64,000 nt of DNA from Candidatus Latescibacterota bacterium (GTDB taxonomy: Bacteria; Latescibacterota; UBA2968; UBA8231), in the NCBI GenBank assembly GCA_965243025.1, contig CBDETY010000003.1:5120001-5184000 (forward strand), written 5' to 3'. How positions within the stretch are numbered: position 1 is the stretch's first letter; each line of letters begins with the position of its first letter. Below the pieces are notes generated by a model, which saw only the letters and a program-made list of their open reading frames with translations, made no database searches and was not told where the DNA came from. Shown here in pieces: positions 1 to 9,712 of this stretch. A program made the position numbers and the translations under genes.

Positions 1-2
1 CC

Positions 3-1448
3 TGGTGGCTGCCGTTCATTTTCGCGCTCTACCTGGCGATGATCGCCATCATGGTGATCCTGCGGCGCCAGTGGATCGTCAACGAGCGCCTGATATACCC
101 GCTCGTGCAGGTGCCCCTGGCGATGATCGAGGACGACGAGACGAAGCCTTCCCTGATCAAGCCGCTTTTCAGGAATCCCCTGATGTGGGCGGGCTTCGCC
201 ATAACCGCCCTCATCTACAGTAACAACAGGCTTTCGACGTACTACCCCTTTTTCGAGCGCATCTCCCTCTGGGAGGGTTCGCTGCCGCTGTTCCGCGGCA
301 CCGTCGACGTCGATTTCGGCATCAGTTTCCAACTGGTCGGGTTCGCCTATTTCATCAACCGCAACGTCGCCTTCAGCCTCTGGTTCTTCTACCTGTTCGG
401 GGTGGTTCAGCAGGGAATTTTCAACACCGTCGGCGTCCAGCGGGTCGACCCCCTGTTCGGGGTCTACAGCCGCCACGCCGACTCTATCCTGACCCTGCAG
501 GGATTCGGCGCCTTCATGGTGCTGGTGCTGTTCGGCCTGTGGACGGCCCGCGGCCACCTTTACAGGGTGTTCCGCCGCGCCTTTCTCCGGGACCCCGGCA
601 TCGACGACCAGGGCGAGATCATGTCCTACCGGGCAGCTGTGTTCACCCTGATCGGGTCGCTGTTGTTCATGGGGGTGTGGCTGGCGCAGAGCGGGCTGCC
701 GGGGTGGATCGTGCCGATCTACCTGTTCTTCGCCTTCGCCCTGTTCGTCGCCATCACCCGCGTGGTCGCCGAGGGGGGGCTGGCGTGGAACTACGCGCCG
801 ATGATCGCCTCGGATTTCGTCGCCGCCGGCTTCGGCACGCGGGCGCTGGGGGAGTCGGGCATCATCTCCCTCTCGTTCACCTATGTCTGGGCCAGCGACA
901 TCCTGACGTTCGTGATGGCCTCGTGCGCCAACGGACTGAAGGTGGCCGAGGAGACCATCAGGTCGAACAGGCGGCTGATATTCCTGGCGATCATGATCGC
1001 CATCGCCGTCAGCATCGCCAGCTCAATCTGGATGATCCTGACCCTCGCCTACGCCCACGGGGGGATCAATACCGACGGCTTCTTCTTCGGATGGGGCGCC
1101 CGTTACCCGTTCGAGAACGCCTCGGCCCGTATCCAGTCGCTGGAGGGGCCGCACTGGGAGAACTGGGGCTTTGCCGGGATCGGCGCGGCGGCCATGGGGT
1201 TGCTGATGCTGGCCCGCCAGCGCTTTCTCTGGTGGCCCCTGCATCCCCTGGGGCTGCCCCTGAGCGCGGTTTTCGGCTCGGCCTTCTTCAGCGTCTTTCT
1301 CGGCTGGCTGTTCAAGACCGCGATCGTGAAATTCGGCGGGGTCAGGATGTACGTGAACACGAGGCCCTTCTTCATCGGTATCATTCTCGGGCAGTTCGCC
1401 ACCTCGGGAGTCTGGTTCGTCGTTCACTACTTCGCAGCGGTCAGGTAG
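3..1448 (+). CDS. Polytopic membrane protein, DUF6785/DUF6784-like putative transporter (5' truncated by window edge)
   Basis: Frame open from position 3 (WWLPFIFALYLAM...); many hydrophobic segments; motifs LRRQW...ERLIYPLVQVP and WWPLHPLG shared with the paralogue at 5771-7759. Confidence 0.8.
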   Translation, partial: WWLPFIFALYLAMIAIMVILRRQWIVNERLIYPLVQVPLAMIEDDETKPSLIKPLFRNPLMWAGFAITALIYSNNRLSTYYPFFERISLWEGSLPLFRGTVDVDFGISFQLVGFAYFINRNVAFSLWFFYLFGVVQQGIFNTVGVQRVDPLFGVYSRHADSILTLQGFGAFMVLVLFGLWTARGHLYRVFRRAFLRDPGIDDQGEIMSYRAAVFTLIGSLLFMGVWLAQSGLPGWIVPIYLFFAFALFVAITRVVAEGGLAWNYAPMIASDFVAAGFGTRALGESGIISLSFTYVWASDILTFVMASCANGLKVAEETIRSNRRLIFLAIMIAIAVSIASSIWMILTLAYAHGGINTDGFFFGWGARYPFENASARIQSLEGPHWENWGFAGIGAAAMGLLMLARQRFLWWPLHPLGLPLSAVFGSAFFSVFLGWLFKTAIVKFGGVRMYVNTRPFFIGIILGQFATSGVWFVVHYFAAVR

Positions 1449-1524
1449 GCGCGAAGATGCGGGGCTCACTTGCAAGGGAATCACAACCAGCGCCGGGAAC
1501 AAACCCCGGGGTTTCGCCGCGCCG

Positions 1525-2706
1525 GTGAAGACCTCGGGCAGGGCGGGCGGAGCATCTACCGGGCTGCGAACCCTGGCGGTGAATGGCGCCGTCGCCGCGG
1601 CCGCGACCGCCGCGGCCCTGCTGCTGGCGGAGCTGCTCCTCCCCCGGTTCGTCACCATCGAACAGGCCACCCTGGAGTACGACGAGCTGCTCGGGTTCCG
1701 CGGGCGGCCCAACCTCAGCATTCCCTGGACCCGCGAGGTGGAGGGACCTCCCCGGGTGGTGACCACGAACAGCCGCGGGTTCCACGATCGTGAACGGGCG
1801 CGGCGGCCGTCCCCCGGCAGCCGCCGCATCATCCTTCTCGGGGATTCGTTCCTCGAGGCCTACCAGGTCGACATCGAAGCGAACTTCTCGCAGCGCCTGG
1901 CGCGCGGCCTGTCGCGGCGCGGCGCTGGTGAGTACGAGGCGGTGAACTGGGGGGTGCACGGCTACGGTCTCGGGTCCCACTTCCTCGCCGTGCGCGAGCG
2001 CGTCGCCGGCTGGAACCCGGACGGGGTGGTGCTGGTCCTCTTCCTCGGCAACGACCTGCAGGACAACTTCGCCCCCCTCGCCTCGGCATCGGTCCCCCGC
2101 TTCGAAATGGCCGAGGGCGAGCTGACCTGTTTCCCTGCCCCCCCGCATTCGCCGCGGTCCTGGCTGCGGGACAACGTGCTGGCCCGTTCCGCCGTCGCCC
2201 GGCTGGTCTGGAAGTACGCCGTGAAGACCAACCCGGGGATCGCCGCCCTGGCGCGGGACGCCGGCATGATCGCCACCCCGGACCTCGCCGCGTCGGAGGC
2301 CCACCTGCGGGACATGATCGCCGTTGCCGGCCCCCTGCTCGAAGGGATCGCAGGCAACCTGCGGCAGCGGGAAATCGGCCTCTTCGTCTACCTGATCCCC
2401 GATCCCCTGCTCCTCCAGGACGCCATCGACATCCGGCGCTACCGCCGCGATCCCGGGGCGCCGCGTCCCGTCTTCCGGCGGGACAGGGAGCGGATCGAGA
2501 CGGGGATCCTGAAACACCTGGACGAGTTGCAGGTCGACTACGCCTACCCGCGCGAGCTGTTCATCGAGCAGATCGAAAGGGGAAACGCGATCTACCGAGG
2601 CGGCTACGGGCATTTCACCGCGCTCGGCCACGAGCTGTCGGCGCGGCTTCTCGCAGACCGCCTCTCCGCCTCGCGGTTTGTCAGAAAAGATCCTGGAACT
2701 TCTTGA
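1525..2706 (+). CDS. SGNH/GDSL hydrolase family protein with N-terminal membrane anchor
   Basis: NSRGFHD, LGDSF (catalytic Ser), NWGVHGYG, GNDL and GHFTALGH blocks. Confidence 0.75.
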   Translation: MKTSGRAGGASTGLRTLAVNGAVAAAATAAALLLAELLLPRFVTIEQATLEYDELLGFRGRPNLSIPWTREVEGPPRVVTTNSRGFHDRERARRPSPGSRRIILLGDSFLEAYQVDIEANFSQRLARGLSRRGAGEYEAVNWGVHGYGLGSHFLAVRERVAGWNPDGVVLVLFLGNDLQDNFAPLASASVPRFEMAEGELTCFPAPPHSPRSWLRDNVLARSAVARLVWKYAVKTNPGIAALARDAGMIATPDLAASEAHLRDMIAVAGPLLEGIAGNLRQREIGLFVYLIPDPLLLQDAIDIRRYRRDPGAPRPVFRRDRERIETGILKHLDELQVDYAYPRELFIEQIERGNAIYRGGYGHFTALGHELSARLLADRLSASRFVRKDPGTS

Positions 2707-4375
2707 CCGCCAGCGCGGTTGCCAGCTGCAGCGCGAGGAGAAACCCCACCCCGCGGCCAGAGTCTGTTTCACCGAGGAACCGGGCGCCGGCGATGGCCGC
2801 CAGCGGCAGGAGAAAGAGCCAGAGGCGCGCGGTTTCGGCGGCGGTTCGCCCGAAGAGAACGAGCCCCGCCAGGACGACGACCAGCGACAGCACCAGCAGG
2901 TCCGCCATGGCCGCCGGCGGCCAGCTTCTGCAGGAGCGGAACAGCTGCGCCGCGCAGAGGAGGGCGAGGGCCGGTCCGCACCAGAGCGCGAACTCCACGA
3001 GGTTGAGAGCCCCGAAATAGAGGGTGTGGCCGAATCCCCATTGCGGGAACTTGAAGGCCTGGTGGGCGGCCATGCCGAAGCGCAACTGGGCAAGCGCGTC
3101 GTACCCGAACCCGAGCCACATCGCCAGGTGCGGGAGGGCCGCCCCGGCGAGCAGCGCGGCGGCGGCGGTTCCGGCCTGTCTCCAGGCCTGCCGCGTGTGG
3201 GCGAACAGCAGGAGCAGCGCCCCCGAGGCGACCGCCAGGGCGATCAGCCCGAAACTGAAGAACAGCCCCGCGTACAGACAGACTCCGGCGGCGAACGCCG
3301 GGAGCAGCCTGCCGGCGGCAAGGGCCCGGGCAACCAGGTAGAGGCAGGTCGTGCCGATCAGCGGAAACAGGCACTGGTCGAGGTGCAGGACCATCAGCAG
3401 AAGGCTGGGGGCCGAGACGTAGAGCAGGAGCGGCGTCCAGGCCTCGCGCTCCCCCGGGATCGCCAGCCGGCACAACCCCCACAGCGGCACCAGGGTCAGG
3501 GTGGCCATCAGCGGAAACAGCAGGGCGGCCAGCCGCGCCGCCCTTTCCCGCCGGTCGTCCCCGGAGATCGGGAGATGACCTGCCAGCTGGTCGAGGAGGG
3601 CGAAGGCGATCACCGGGCCGGGCGGTCTGGTGGCGTGCGGGAAGTGCGGAAGCTCTTCGTCCGCGACCATGGCAGGGTAGAACCGCAACAGGTGTCCGGG
3701 GGTCCACCCGGTGCCGGCGAGAGCCAGGCGCGCATGTCCGCCGCTGCCGGTGAGGCGGTCGGAAAGCGACTGCAGGCCGCGCCCTTCCATCAGTCCGAAT
3801 CCCAGCTGCAGGGCGTAGCAGAGAGCCATGAGGAGGAGAAGGTTCGGCCAGTGGCGGCGGGGTCTGCTCGACACCGCGTAAACCACCCCGGCGCCCGCCG
3901 CTGCGAGGGGGGCGAAAAGCCACCAGAGGGGCAGGGGTTTGTCCTCGAGCGACCAGAACCACCAGGGAAGCGCCTGGAAAAGGGGGACCCGCAGCAGGAA
4001 GAGGAGCCAGACCGCCGCGCTCGCAATCGTCAGCCGCCGCCGCCACGGATCGGCCAGCAGCCAGGCCGGACGGCGCCCGCCCAGCTCCCGCAGGGCCCAG
4101 TACAGCAGGAAGACCAGCACGCTCCACAGGAGCAGGCCGTAGACGGCGCGGTCGGCGATTTCGAGGTAGTGCTCGACCGGGTGTTCGCCGCGGCGCTTGA
4201 CGAGGTGGGACAGCCACGGCCATTCCCCCCGGTAGAGGGAGCGCACCAGGTCGTGGCCGCAGAAGCGGTACAGACCGGCCCCCGCCAGGGCGGCGAGCGA
4301 CAGGCAGGCTCCCCCCCGTAAAAGGCGCCCCCGGCTCCCGTACGAGCCCTCCAGCGGTTCGTTTGACACTCCCAT
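2681..4375 (-). CDS. Integral membrane protein, probable GT-C fold glycosyltransferase; start uncertain
   Basis: 564-aa hydrophobic ORF with HATRPPGP and ETARLWLF motifs; the N-terminus overlaps the gltA promoter, so the true start may be downstream. Confidence 0.55.
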   Translation of the reverse strand: MGVSNEPLEGSYGSRGRLLRGGACLSLAALAGAGLYRFCGHDLVRSLYRGEWPWLSHLVKRRGEHPVEHYLEIADRAVYGLLLWSVLVFLLYWALRELGGRRPAWLLADPWRRRLTIASAAVWLLFLLRVPLFQALPWWFWSLEDKPLPLWWLFAPLAAAGAGVVYAVSSRPRRHWPNLLLLMALCYALQLGFGLMEGRGLQSLSDRLTGSGGHARLALAGTGWTPGHLLRFYPAMVADEELPHFPHATRPPGPVIAFALLDQLAGHLPISGDDRRERAARLAALLFPLMATLTLVPLWGLCRLAIPGEREAWTPLLLYVSAPSLLLMVLHLDQCLFPLIGTTCLYLVARALAAGRLLPAFAAGVCLYAGLFFSFGLIALAVASGALLLLFAHTRQAWRQAGTAAAALLAGAALPHLAMWLGFGYDALAQLRFGMAAHQAFKFPQWGFGHTLYFGALNLVEFALWCGPALALLCAAQLFRSCRSWPPAAMADLLVLSLVVVLAGLVLFGRTAAETARLWLFLLPLAAIAGARFLGETDSGRGVGFLLALQLATALAVKKFQDLF

Positions 4376-4391
4376 TTCAGCGGGCTAAAAT
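4363..4391 (+). promoter_or_regulatory. Sigma70-type promoter of gltA
   Basis: TTGACA-17 bp-TAAAAT, followed by an AGGAG RBS before ATG 4428. Confidence 0.7.
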
Positions 4392-4427
4392 CCCCGCCCT
4401 GCTGAAACCCCCACCACAGGAGATCTC

Positions 4428-5717
4428 ATGTCGGATACCGCCCGACTCATACTGGACGACAAGGAAATCGACCTTCCCGTAGTGATCGGCAGCGAGCGGG
4501 AACGGGCTGTCGACATCGGCGCTCTGAGGGCACAGAGCGGGTACATCACCCTCGACGAGGGGTACGGCAACACAGGTTCCTGCCGCAGCTCCATCACCTA
4601 CATCGACGGCGAGCAGGGGATACTGCGGTACCGGGGCATACCGATCGAGGTGCTGGCGGAAAAAAGCAACTTCATCGAGACGGCCTACCTCCTGATCTGG
4701 GGACAGCTGCCGACCCGGGAACAGCTCGAGTCGTTCAGCAGCCTTCTCGGCGAGCACGCGATGCTGCGGGAGCAGATCCGCCATCGCATGACCCTGTTCC
4801 CTCCCGAATCCCCGCCGATGGCGGTGCTGTCCGCGGTGCTGAGCGCTCTGGCCTGCTATTACCCGGAGCTGCTCGATGTCGAGGACGTCGACGTGTTCCA
4901 GGACGTGGCGGCGCGCATCATGTCGAAGGTGCGCACCATCGCCGCCTACTCGTACAACCAGAACCTGGGCCACAACATGCCCTACCCGCGGCACGACCTC
5001 AAGTACTCCGCAAACTTCCTGCACATGATGTTCACCCAGCCGTACAACGAACACGAACCGGACCCCGAGGCGGAACGGGCTCTCGACGTCCTGCTGCTCC
5101 TGCACGCCGATCACGAACAGAACTGCAGCACCTCTACCGTGCGCATGGTCGGCAGCAGCGGCGGCAACCTGTTCTCCGCGGTGGCGGCCGGGGTGAGCGC
5201 CCTGTGGGGCCCGCTGCACGGGGGTGCCAACGTCGCCGTCGTCAGCATGATCGAGGACTTGATGGAGAGCGGAATCCCGGTCAGGGAGTACGTGCGCCAG
5301 GTCAAGGACAGGACCGCCGGCATCCGGCTCATGGGGTTCGGCCACCGGGTGTACAAGAACTTCGATCCCCGCGCCACGATCATTAAGCAGCAGTGCGAGA
5401 TCGTCCTCGACCGCCTCGGAAAGCGGGACGCCATGCTCGACATCGCGCGGGAGCTGGAGGAGGCGGCCCTCGAGGACGACTACTTCATCGAACGCAAGCT
5501 GTACCCCAACGTCGACTTCTACAGCGGCGTCATCCTGCGCGCCCTCGGAATCCCCAAGTCGATGTTCACGGCGATTTTCGCCATCGGCCGCATGCCGGGG
5601 TGGATCGCCCATTGGTACGAGGACCGCTTCATCACAAAGGGGCGCATCCACCGGCCGCGGCAGGTCTACACCGGCCCCGTCGACCAGCCCTACGTCCCGC
5701 TCGAAGAGCGTTCCTGA
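4428..5717 (+). CDS. gltA: Citrate synthase (type II)
   Basis: LHADHEQNCST, GPLHGGAN, MGFGHRVYK and YPNVDFYSG motifs. Confidence 0.98.
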   Translation: MSDTARLILDDKEIDLPVVIGSERERAVDIGALRAQSGYITLDEGYGNTGSCRSSITYIDGEQGILRYRGIPIEVLAEKSNFIETAYLLIWGQLPTREQLESFSSLLGEHAMLREQIRHRMTLFPPESPPMAVLSAVLSALACYYPELLDVEDVDVFQDVAARIMSKVRTIAAYSYNQNLGHNMPYPRHDLKYSANFLHMMFTQPYNEHEPDPEAERALDVLLLLHADHEQNCSTSTVRMVGSSGGNLFSAVAAGVSALWGPLHGGANVAVVSMIEDLMESGIPVREYVRQVKDRTAGIRLMGFGHRVYKNFDPRATIIKQQCEIVLDRLGKRDAMLDIARELEEAALEDDYFIERKLYPNVDFYSGVILRALGIPKSMFTAIFAIGRMPGWIAHWYEDRFITKGRIHRPRQVYTGPVDQPYVPLEERS

Positions 5718-5741
5718 AGAACAGCCCGGCCCGGTTTGCAG

Positions 5742-5771
5742 GCCTCGTCCCCGCGGGGGCGGGGCTTTTTT
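5742..5771 (+). terminator. Rho-independent terminator after gltA
   Basis: GCCTCGTCCCC/GGGGCGGGGC stem followed by T6. Confidence 0.7.
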
Positions 5772-7759
5772 CATCCGTGCAGAACCGCGTGCCCGACCCC
5801 GAAGAACCAGATGAGGTCGACGATCCCGCCGACGCCGACGCCGAGAAAGAATCCGACGGGAAGGCCGATGAAGAATGGCCGCATGCGTCCGAAGAGCTGA
5901 ACCGAGCCGTAACGCAGGATCAAGACCTTGAGGAGCCAGGCGATGAATACGGAAAGGACGATCTGGCGGACCATCCAGGTGCTTGCAATGGTCAGCCCGA
6001 CAGGGTGGAGGGGCCACCAGGAAACCCGGTAGTGAAGGAATGCGACAGCGGCGTACAGGGCGGCTCCGCAGGCGAAGAAAACAAGGCGCGTCCAGTCGGT
6101 GCCGGCGGGCTGCTGTATCTGGGCGACGACGCCGTTGAACACGGTGGCGCCGTGTCCGGAGGAAAGGCTGAGGATCGATCGCAGGTTCAGGGCCCCGAGA
6201 TCGTACGCAAGGTAAAGCAGAAAGAAAGCGGTGGTGAAGAAACTGACCGTCACTGAAATCCCCATCGCCAGAACCAGGCCGCGATGCCGCTTGCGCAGCG
6301 AATTGAGGCGCGCCGCGTGCGCCGCCGTCACCATGAAGATCGACTGCACGTCCCCGCACCAGACGTTGGTCAGGGCCAGTCCCACCAGGGTTGGCGGCGG
6401 CACGGTGGTTCCGGTGAGAGCCAGCACCATTCCCTGGCTGTTGACCGGAGTGGTCAGGTAGTACACGCCCGACTGCGTGACGATGCGGGTGATTCCCAGG
6501 AAGATCACCATCGCGATCAACAGGCAGAGAACGGCCACCCGGGGCTCCATCCCGGAGGCGGTGAACCACCCGACGAGGTAGAGCGCCGCGGCGAGCCCCC
6601 CGAAGACGGCGGCGGGGTAGGACAGCATCTCGCCGGCGTCCCTTCTCGTGGAGCGGCCCAGAACCTGGCGGAGAACGTCGATCAGGTGCCGCCGGGCGAG
6701 CCACAGGGCCAGGGCGACCATGGCCGCGAAGGCCCCCCAGTCCTGCCACAGGGTCATCTCGAAGCCGGCGATTACGAACGGGTCGGGGGCGGTTTCGACG
6801 TGGAACACCTTGAGCAGGGATCCCTCCATCGCCACCAGCAGGTAGAAAACCCAGATACTGAGAGTGACCGGGGCGGTCACCAGGTACGCGAACCCGATGA
6901 TGGGGAAGTAGAGTATTCCGCGCGGCTGCCGGATGGGGCCCGGGATGATGTCGAGGTCGCCGCCGGTAAATGCCGGTATGCGAGGCAGGCCGGGCTCGAA
7001 GTAGGAGGCGATGTTGAAGCAGATGATCAGGAACGGAATGCTGCAGCCGGCCCAGAAGGCCCTGGAGCGGAAGATCGGCGGCAGCACCGAGCCCTGGCTC
7101 TCCTCGGTAAGCAGCAGCGGGATCTCGGCGACGGGAAAGGGGAGCCGTTCCGTCTCCACCCAGTGGCGGCGCAGCACGACCACGACGCACAGGCAGAGAA
7201 AGAAGAGGGCGGCGAACAGACTGAACCACCACAGCAGGGGGCCGATCCAGGCGTGCAGCGGTATTCCGCCCTCGGCGTCCGGCGGAAGCCCTTCGAAATA
7301 GTGCAGCAGCGCTGTTTCGTCGGTTGGAACCGCCCATTCCGGAAGGTGGGGATGCACCAACTCCGCCCACCGGTTCTCCCGGGTAGCCCCGTAGTAGGGG
7401 GTCGCGATGATGGCGAAAACGAAGGTGACCAGGAACACCGGCAGCCCGCTGGCGGCCAGTCCCATGATGGCAATGGTGATGAGATCGCCGCGCTGGAGCC
7501 CCCGCCCGGCAAGCTTCCTGGCGCAGGAGTTGCAGAAAACCAGGAGGACGAAGGGCAGGCCGACGCAGATCGGGAAGTAGGACCAGGTGATCTCCGAGGT
7601 GCGGACGATGACGATCGCGTAGGGCCCGGCGATCGCCGAGAAAACGGCGAAGCCGGTGCCGATGAGCAGCGAACCCGGCGTCAGCCCGCCTTCACCCAGG
7701 GTCTGGCGGTCCCTTCCCTTGAGAAAGGCGGCGAATGTTTCGGGAATGCGTTTGGTCAC
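5771..7759 (-). CDS. Polytopic membrane protein, DUF6785/DUF6784-like
   Basis: LRRHWVETERLPFP and WWPLHPVG motifs; GTG start at 7759 chosen because the longer ORF runs over hpf. Confidence 0.8.
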   Translation of the reverse strand: MTKRIPETFAAFLKGRDRQTLGEGGLTPGSLLIGTGFAVFSAIAGPYAIVIVRTSEITWSYFPICVGLPFVLLVFCNSCARKLAGRGLQRGDLITIAIMGLAASGLPVFLVTFVFAIIATPYYGATRENRWAELVHPHLPEWAVPTDETALLHYFEGLPPDAEGGIPLHAWIGPLLWWFSLFAALFFLCLCVVVVLRRHWVETERLPFPVAEIPLLLTEESQGSVLPPIFRSRAFWAGCSIPFLIICFNIASYFEPGLPRIPAFTGGDLDIIPGPIRQPRGILYFPIIGFAYLVTAPVTLSIWVFYLLVAMEGSLLKVFHVETAPDPFVIAGFEMTLWQDWGAFAAMVALALWLARRHLIDVLRQVLGRSTRRDAGEMLSYPAAVFGGLAAALYLVGWFTASGMEPRVAVLCLLIAMVIFLGITRIVTQSGVYYLTTPVNSQGMVLALTGTTVPPPTLVGLALTNVWCGDVQSIFMVTAAHAARLNSLRKRHRGLVLAMGISVTVSFFTTAFFLLYLAYDLGALNLRSILSLSSGHGATVFNGVVAQIQQPAGTDWTRLVFFACGAALYAAVAFLHYRVSWWPLHPVGLTIASTWMVRQIVLSVFIAWLLKVLILRYGSVQLFGRMRPFFIGLPVGFFLGVGVGGIVDLIWFFGVGHAVLHG

Positions 7760-7856
7760 ACGGTTTCGAGGTGGTGTTGTTGACCCCTGATGCGGCGTCG
7801 GTATCTTTGAAATTTTCGACTGCGGGCGCCGCGCGGCCATCTGCAAAGGAGACAGG

Positions 7857-8156
7857 ATGCCAGTCAGAATCACCGCCAAGCACACTACAGTTTCGGACTC
7901 CACGAAACAGCATATCGAAAAGGTTTGTGCCAAGCTCGACCAGTACTTCGACCGCATCGTCGACTGCGAGGTGGTGCTGGAGAGGCGCGCCAGGCATGGC
8001 ACGGCGGTCGAAATCATCGTCAAGGTTCCCCAGCAGAAGCTCGTAGGCAGGGGCGAATCGGACGACGACAACCTGTTCAAGTCGATCGGCGCCGCCTCCG
8101 ATCACGTCAGCTCCCAGTTGAAGAAGTACCGCGACAAGCTCGGCGCCCACCGCTGA
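7857..8156 (+). CDS. hpf: Ribosome hibernation promoting factor (HPF/RaiA, short form)
   Basis: MPVRITAKH...KLDQYFDRI...SQLKKYRDK; AAGGAG RBS. Confidence 0.9.
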   Translation: MPVRITAKHTTVSDSTKQHIEKVCAKLDQYFDRIVDCEVVLERRARHGTAVEIIVKVPQQKLVGRGESDDDNLFKSIGAASDHVSSQLKKYRDKLGAHR

Positions 8157-8203
8157 TCGCTTCGCCTGAAGAAACCCCCACCAAGAGCTTCGAGAGAGCC
8201 CCC

Positions 8204-9415
8204 TTGCTGACCGCCGGCGTTCCCGCGGAGACCTTTCCGGGTGAGCGGCGCGTCGCGCTGACCCCCGAATCGGTATCCCGCCTCGGCGAACGGGTGCGGG
8301 TGGCAGTCGAGTCCAACGCCGGGGCGGGGGCCGGCTTTTCCGACGAGGAGTTCGCCGCCGCCGGCGCCGGGATCGCCGCTTCGCGGAGCGACCTGTTCGC
8401 CCGCGCCGATGTCATCCTCCAGGTCAGGACCCACGGCGCCAATCCCGGCGGCGGCGACCTCGAGCTGCTCCGGCGCGGCCAGGCGGTGCTCGGATTCGCC
8501 GAGCCCCTTGAGGCGCACGGCGCGATCGAAGCGGTTGCCGCGGCCGGCGTCTCCCTTTTCGCCGTAGAGCTGATGCCGCGCACGACGCGGGCGCAGAGCA
8601 TGGACGCGCTGTCGTCGATGGCGACCATCGCCGGGTACAAGGCGGTGCTGCTCGCCGCCGCGGAGCTGCCGCGGATGTTTCCCCTTATGATGACGGCGGC
8701 CGGCACGGTGAGGCCGGCGCGGGTTCTCGTGATCGGGGCCGGGGTGGCGGGACTGCAGGCGCTGGCGACGGCGAAACGGCTCGGGGCGGTGGTCATGGGG
8801 TACGACGTGCGCCCGGCGGTGCACGAGCAGGTCGAGAGCCTGGGGGCGGAGTTCGTCGAGCTCGACCTCGAAGCCGAGGACGCCGAGGGAGCCGGCGGCT
8901 ACGCCAGGGCGCAGGACGTCGGTTTCTACCGGCGCCAGCAGGAAGCCCTGGGCGAGGTCGTCGCCGGCTGCAACGCCGTCATCACCACCGCCGCGGTGCC
9001 GGGCAGCAGGGCCCCGGTCCTGATTCGGCGGCAGGCGGTCGAAGCGATGGCGCCGCACTCCGTAATCGTCGACCTCGCGGCCGAACGGGGGGGCAACTGC
9101 GAGCTGACGCGGGCGGGCGAAACCGTCGACCACGGCGGCGTCCGCATCCTCGGACCCGCCAACCTGCCGGCCACCGTGCCCTACCACGCCAGCCAGATGT
9201 ACAGCGGCAACCTCGCGGCTTTCCTCACCCACCTGCTCGACGAGGAGGGCCGGCTGCAACTCGACCCGGCCGACGGGATCGCCGCGGCAACCCTGGTCAC
9301 CAGCGGCGGCCGTATCGTCAGCGGCCGCGTCCTCGAAGCGATGGGCCGGACCCCCGCCGGGCAACCCGGAGCAACGGCTCCGGCGGCGCCCGTCTCCGCG
9401 AAAGGCGACGGATAA
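8204..9415 (+). CDS. pntAA: NAD(P) transhydrogenase subunit alpha, part 1
   Basis: GERRVALTP, RAQSMDALSSM, GAGVAGLQA and DLAAERGGNC; TTG start inferred. Confidence 0.95.
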   Translation: MLTAGVPAETFPGERRVALTPESVSRLGERVRVAVESNAGAGAGFSDEEFAAAGAGIAASRSDLFARADVILQVRTHGANPGGGDLELLRRGQAVLGFAEPLEAHGAIEAVAAAGVSLFAVELMPRTTRAQSMDALSSMATIAGYKAVLLAAAELPRMFPLMMTAAGTVRPARVLVIGAGVAGLQALATAKRLGAVVMGYDVRPAVHEQVESLGAEFVELDLEAEDAEGAGGYARAQDVGFYRRQQEALGEVVAGCNAVITTAAVPGSRAPVLIRRQAVEAMAPHSVIVDLAAERGGNCELTRAGETVDHGGVRILGPANLPATVPYHASQMYSGNLAAFLTHLLDEEGRLQLDPADGIAAATLVTSGGRIVSGRVLEAMGRTPAGQPGATAPAAPVSAKGDG

Positions 9416-9424
9416 AGGAAGAAA

Positions 9425-9706
9425 ATGGAATCCCTGGTTGCGGCCTTTACCGTGTTCGTCCTCGCAGTGTTCGTCGGCTTCGAGATCATCACCAAGATCC
9501 CCCCGACCCTGCACACGCCGCTGATGTCGGGGTCGAACGCCATCTCGGGGATAACCCTGATCGGGGCCCTGCTCTCGGCGGGGTCGCAGCGGACCGAGCT
9601 GGCCGTCTGGCTGGGGCTGGCCGCGGTGGTCCTGGCGACGGTCAACGTCGTCGGCGGCTTCCTGGTGACCCACCGCATGCTCGGCATGTTCAAGCGCCGC
9701 TCGTGA
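9425..9706 (+). CDS. pntAB: NAD(P) transhydrogenase subunit alpha, part 2
   Basis: LHTPLMSGSNAISG and NVVGGFLVTHRMLGMF. Confidence 0.95.
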   Translation: MESLVAAFTVFVLAVFVGFEIITKIPPTLHTPLMSGSNAISGITLIGALLSAGSQRTELAVWLGLAAVVLATVNVVGGFLVTHRMLGMFKRRS

Positions 9707-9712
9707 CAGCGC

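Noticed and set aside
7925-8203. N-terminal extension of PntAA
   Set aside because: Overlaps hpf in another frame; PntA homology starts near 8204
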